From Aureliella sp. (lineage in GTDB: Bacteria; Planctomycetota; Planctomycetia; Pirellulales; Pirellulaceae): a stretch of 64,000 bases of DNA. Shown here one piece after another: positions 60,337-64,000 of this stretch (positions are counted from its first letter, which is position 1; every line of letters starts with the position of its first letter). The notes under the pieces are model-generated. The model worked only from the letters and a program-made list of their open reading frames with translations, ran no database searches and was not told the DNA's origin. Where the stretch lies: contig OY829846.1 of NCBI GenBank assembly GCA_963691875.1, positions 608,001 to 672,000 on the forward strand, given 5' to 3'. The position numbers were made by a program, and so were the translations under genes.

Positions 60337-62288
60337 CTGGAAAGCAGATTTCCAACTCCGCCTGGTTCTGTCTTTTGCCCACTCTTTTTCTCCCAACCGA
60401 CCTTTGCTATGCGGACGAAGAGCTCACAACAAAGCTGAACCATGATGAGATTCCAGAATCAGCACTAATGCCGGAGGATCGGGAACATTGGTCGCTTCTG
60501 CCGATCACAAACCCCGAACTGCCGCAGATCAAAGATTTCGACAAGGCTCGACAACCAGTCGACTACTTCATCCTTCGCAGGCTAGAAGACAGAGGACTCA
60601 CCCTCGCACCGGAGGCAAGTCGTGAAACCTTGATTCGGCGAATCAAGTTCGACTTACTCGGACTCCCGCCAACTCCAGATGAGATCATTGCCTTTTCAAA
60701 CGATCTCGAACCTATGGCCTGCGAGCGCCTCGTCGATCATTATTTAGCGTCACCAAGATATGGTGAGCGGTGGGCGCAGTATTGGCTGGATCTGGCACGA
60801 TTTGCCGAAACCGATGGATTTGAACATGACAAAGTCAGGCCTGAAGCTTGGCGGTATCGCGATTGGATTATCAACGCACTCAACAGCGGCATGGGCTATG
60901 ACCAATTCGTGCGACTGCAACTTTGCGGCGATTCCGTTGAACCGACAGAAAATAGGATCGCGACCTATTTTGCATTGGCGGGCCCTGACATGCCAGACAT
61001 CAACGAGCAAGACCTGCGTCGGCACGACAAGCTAAACGAACTCACGGGTACGATTGGAACCACACTGCTTGGCCTGACTTTTCAGTGTGCGCAGTGCCAC
61101 GATCACAAATACGATCCGATATCACAGGCGGACTTCTATCGGCTGCGAGCAATCTTCGAACCAGCAATTCCGACTCTGCAACGAAACAAGCAGGTCATTC
61201 GCCTCGAGGAGCAAGACAAACCGACCGAGGCTCGTTTCTACCGGCGAGGTGACCTTTCCGGCGCCGGACCGGCAGTTCGGCCAGCGTTTCCAAGACTGGC
61301 TTGTACTGTCGATGGTGTTTCGCATTGTTCTCCAAGAGATGCACGCAAAGCTTTCTGTGATTGGCTTTTCGCCGATGACAATCCCCTGACCGCGCGTGTG
61401 ATCGCTAATCGCGTTTGGCAACATCACTTTGGCAATCCGCTGACTGAAAACCCTAACGATCTAGGAATCGTAGCGGGTGGCCCCACACACGAGCAATTGC
61501 TCGACTGGCTAGCAAGTGAGCTTCGCGAGTCCGACTGGTCCCTCAAGCAACTGCATCGCAGCATTCTACTTTCGGCAACTTATCGCCAAGCTGGCATTGC
61601 GAGTCTTAAGGAACCAGCGGTAAAGCTTAGTCAAGAAGCAGACCCCAAGAACGACCTGTTCGCTTTCTTTTCAACGCGTCGTCTCGAAGGCGAGACAATT
61701 CGTGATGCCATGCTTTCTACGGCTGGTCTGATTGATCTGCAACGAGGTGGCGAAGGAGTCCGTCCGCCGTTGCCGCCAGAATTGGTTAAGACACTGCTAC
61801 GCGATCATTGGAAAGTATCCGAAAACAAGGCAGACCACGTTCGACGCAGCATCTACGTCTTCGCGAGACGCAACTTGCGATATCCCATCTTTGATGCATT
61901 CGACCGTCCTGATGCCGGAGCTACTTGTGCGATGCGGAACCGCAGTACTACTGCAGTACAGTCGCTCCATCTGCTGAATAGCCAATTGACTCTCGACTGC
62001 GCAGAAGGACTCGCGGCACGAATACTATCTGAAAGCTTGCACAAGGACGCGAACTTCTTAAGTCTTCCAACGCAAGAAATCGTTCGCCGAGCAACCAACC
62101 TGCTCTTCAGGCTCACCCTTGGCAGAGCACCTGCTAATAAAGAAGCTGAACTTATTAACACGGTTATCGAGAAGCATCTTCCTGCGGCTGAATTCACTCA
62201 GCAACAAACTCACGATAAGCTACACTCAGCCCTTGTCTCGGTCGCTATCTCAATCTTCAATACAAATGAATTCATCTATCTCGACTAG
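60333..62288 (+). CDS. DUF1549/DUF1553 (PSD1) protein with a CxxCH motif
   Basis: YGERWAQYWLDLARFAET, CAQCHDHKYDP, ARVIANRVWQHHFG and NTNEFIYLD motifs. ATGA overlap with the upstream gene. Confidence 0.92.
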   Translation: MTGKQISNSAWFCLLPTLFLPTDLCYADEELTTKLNHDEIPESALMPEDREHWSLLPITNPELPQIKDFDKARQPVDYFILRRLEDRGLTLAPEASRETLIRRIKFDLLGLPPTPDEIIAFSNDLEPMACERLVDHYLASPRYGERWAQYWLDLARFAETDGFEHDKVRPEAWRYRDWIINALNSGMGYDQFVRLQLCGDSVEPTENRIATYFALAGPDMPDINEQDLRRHDKLNELTGTIGTTLLGLTFQCAQCHDHKYDPISQADFYRLRAIFEPAIPTLQRNKQVIRLEEQDKPTEARFYRRGDLSGAGPAVRPAFPRLACTVDGVSHCSPRDARKAFCDWLFADDNPLTARVIANRVWQHHFGNPLTENPNDLGIVAGGPTHEQLLDWLASELRESDWSLKQLHRSILLSATYRQAGIASLKEPAVKLSQEADPKNDLFAFFSTRRLEGETIRDAMLSTAGLIDLQRGGEGVRPPLPPELVKTLLRDHWKVSENKADHVRRSIYVFARRNLRYPIFDAFDRPDAGATCAMRNRSTTAVQSLHLLNSQLTLDCAEGLAARILSESLHKDANFLSLPTQEIVRRATNLLFRLTLGRAPANKEAELINTVIEKHLPAAEFTQQQTHDKLHSALVSVAISIFNTNEFIYLD

Positions 62289-63080
62289 CGGCAGATCTTG
62301 CCATTGCGAAAAGTAGATAACGGGTATCCTAGTTCACCCGTGCCGATCGAACTGGGAATTCCCGTGCGGTGATCGGGATAGATGCTGCGTCCATAATCAG
62401 CAGCGATATTCGGTCAGATCTCAGCGTGCATCTGAACCTAATTGTTCTTTTCATCCCAAATGTGATATCAGAGTCGTCAACGTTCCGCGGCAAGTGTGGC
62501 CACAATTGGACCTTCGCAGACGATTCGGTCCTCGCTTCCATCGGATTCGGTGTTGTGGACTCGGGACAATTCAGGAATTCACGCAAACAGCAAAATGCCG
62601 CGGCATGGCCTCTCTTATTCGAGTTTGCCTCATTCGGAGTATTGACTCTGACTACAAGTCTCTATTCAAAGCTCTTGCTCGGCGGACCTGTGTGAACCTT
62701 CCAGATTCAGCACACGTAATGATAGTCAGCCAAGATACTTCTGGATTTTCTATAGACTCGATCGATCTTTGCGGCAGATTGGTCCAAGATGTCGGCAGCA
62801 TTCTTCGAAATTTACGTGGTAAAATCCGCGACCATACTACAAGGGTATTACAGGCCTAAGAGAAAACCGATGGAAAGGCTAGCGTTCAAGATAGAACTTA
62901 CCAATTTTCAATCTACGAGTCTTAATAGCACAAACTCAAGCTTGACGAAATCAATTGCCGCTAAATTCAATTGCACCACTACCGCAGAGGCACTCAGAGC
63001 AATCTTTCGCACGTTTTGAATAACCGTGGAGAGAGTCAGAAATATCCTTGCCCTTAGTGTTTGTCTCGGAGCTTTCTTGC

Positions 63081-63928
63081 TCAAGGTAATCCGGCCAAGA
63101 ATCGATCTAGTGCACAACGATACTCCTCGGACTGCGGGGCGTTGTGGCCGCCACCTTTGATGGTGACAAACTGCTTGGGCACGTTCGCGGCTGCAAACAA
63201 TCTTTTTCCGAGCTCGTAGGGAATGACCGCGTCAGCATCACCGTGACTTTGAAGAAGTGGCCCGGTATAGTCCGCGATCTTGCTTAGCGAATCGAGCCTT
63301 TGCGTCATCAGCAGTGAAGTTGGAACCCATGGCAACTGTGCCTTGCCAGCCGCAGGTAGAGAAGTGAAAGTGCTGGCCAGAACCAGGCCGCGCGCACCGT
63401 CTTTGGCCGCAAGGTCTACCGCGACGCCGCCTCCAAGAGACCGTCCCATAAGTACAATCTCAGACTCTGCAATCCCCACGCGATTTGCAAGCCAAGCCCT
63501 TGCCGCCCTAGCGTCCTCAAGAATGCCTTCCTCGTCCGGCTTGCCTTCGCTCTTTCCATAGCCACGATAGTCAAAAACGAGTGCCGCCACTCCGTGACGC
63601 TCATTCAAGAGCCGAAGAGAATCAACTCGGTGAGACACATTGCCAGCATTGCCATGCATAAAAAGTGCGACCGCAATGGGCTTGGGATGATCGATGAAGA
63701 TACCATGCAATTGGGTTCCATCTGCAGATCGGAAGAATGCGTCCTCTAAATGACTCGCGAGTTCAGTGTTCTGCTGGTCAGATGTCTTTGTTGGAAAGTA
63801 AATCAGAGACGCTCAAGCGGACGCAGCGGCGAAAAGCGTCCGATCACTGCACAGCCACCCTGGGATAATACGCCACAAACCAGCAAAAATGCTAGCATCG
63901 AGCTCCTTTTCTGCTTTCCAATTGGCAT
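63081..63928 (-). CDS. Alpha/beta hydrolase (ABHD17/BEM46-like), probable lipoprotein, with an apparent 1-nt deletion near 63806
   Basis: HGNAGN, DYRGYG, GRSLGG, HGDAD and GGHN motifs. The leader MLAFLLVCGVLSQGGC..PLER is in a different frame from LIYFP..DGTQLHG. Confidence 0.85.
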
Positions 63929-64000
63929 CTGCAGTTCCTAGCGAGCCACTTTTTCTTTTCTTTAGATTCGAGTTACAGATTAGGGCAAACAGTTGCAAGG

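Overview
This is a 64-kb window from a Planctomycetota (Pirellulaceae-like) genome. The evidence is two DUF1501 + DUF1549/DUF1553 gene pairs, a DUF1559 remnant and PEP-CTERM proteins. Housekeeping and metabolic genes include nadC, ribBA, map, hemB, cstA, a DAACS symporter, SulP, an HtrA protease and a PAS-GGDEF-HD protein. The main accessory feature is a ~9.0-kb satellite-like integrative element at 9701-18730, bounded by the 13-bp direct repeat CGGATTCATAATC, which splits a secreted BSP-family peptidase gene. The element carries a tyrosine integrase, an AlpA/Xis-like gene, a replication initiator with internal iterons, an atypical LDH/MDH and two PEP-CTERM proteins. Near its right end is an unusual ~700-bp patchwork of six short fragments resembling phage ParB/methylase-associated genes, each centred on a different 20-32 bp palindrome. 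Other points of interest are an operon for a beta-propeller, a HemN-like radical SAM enzyme, a GcvH-like carrier and a ferredoxin-domain protein, a 6S-RNA-like structured element, and many decayed genes. All family calls come from motif recognition by eye; no searches were run.
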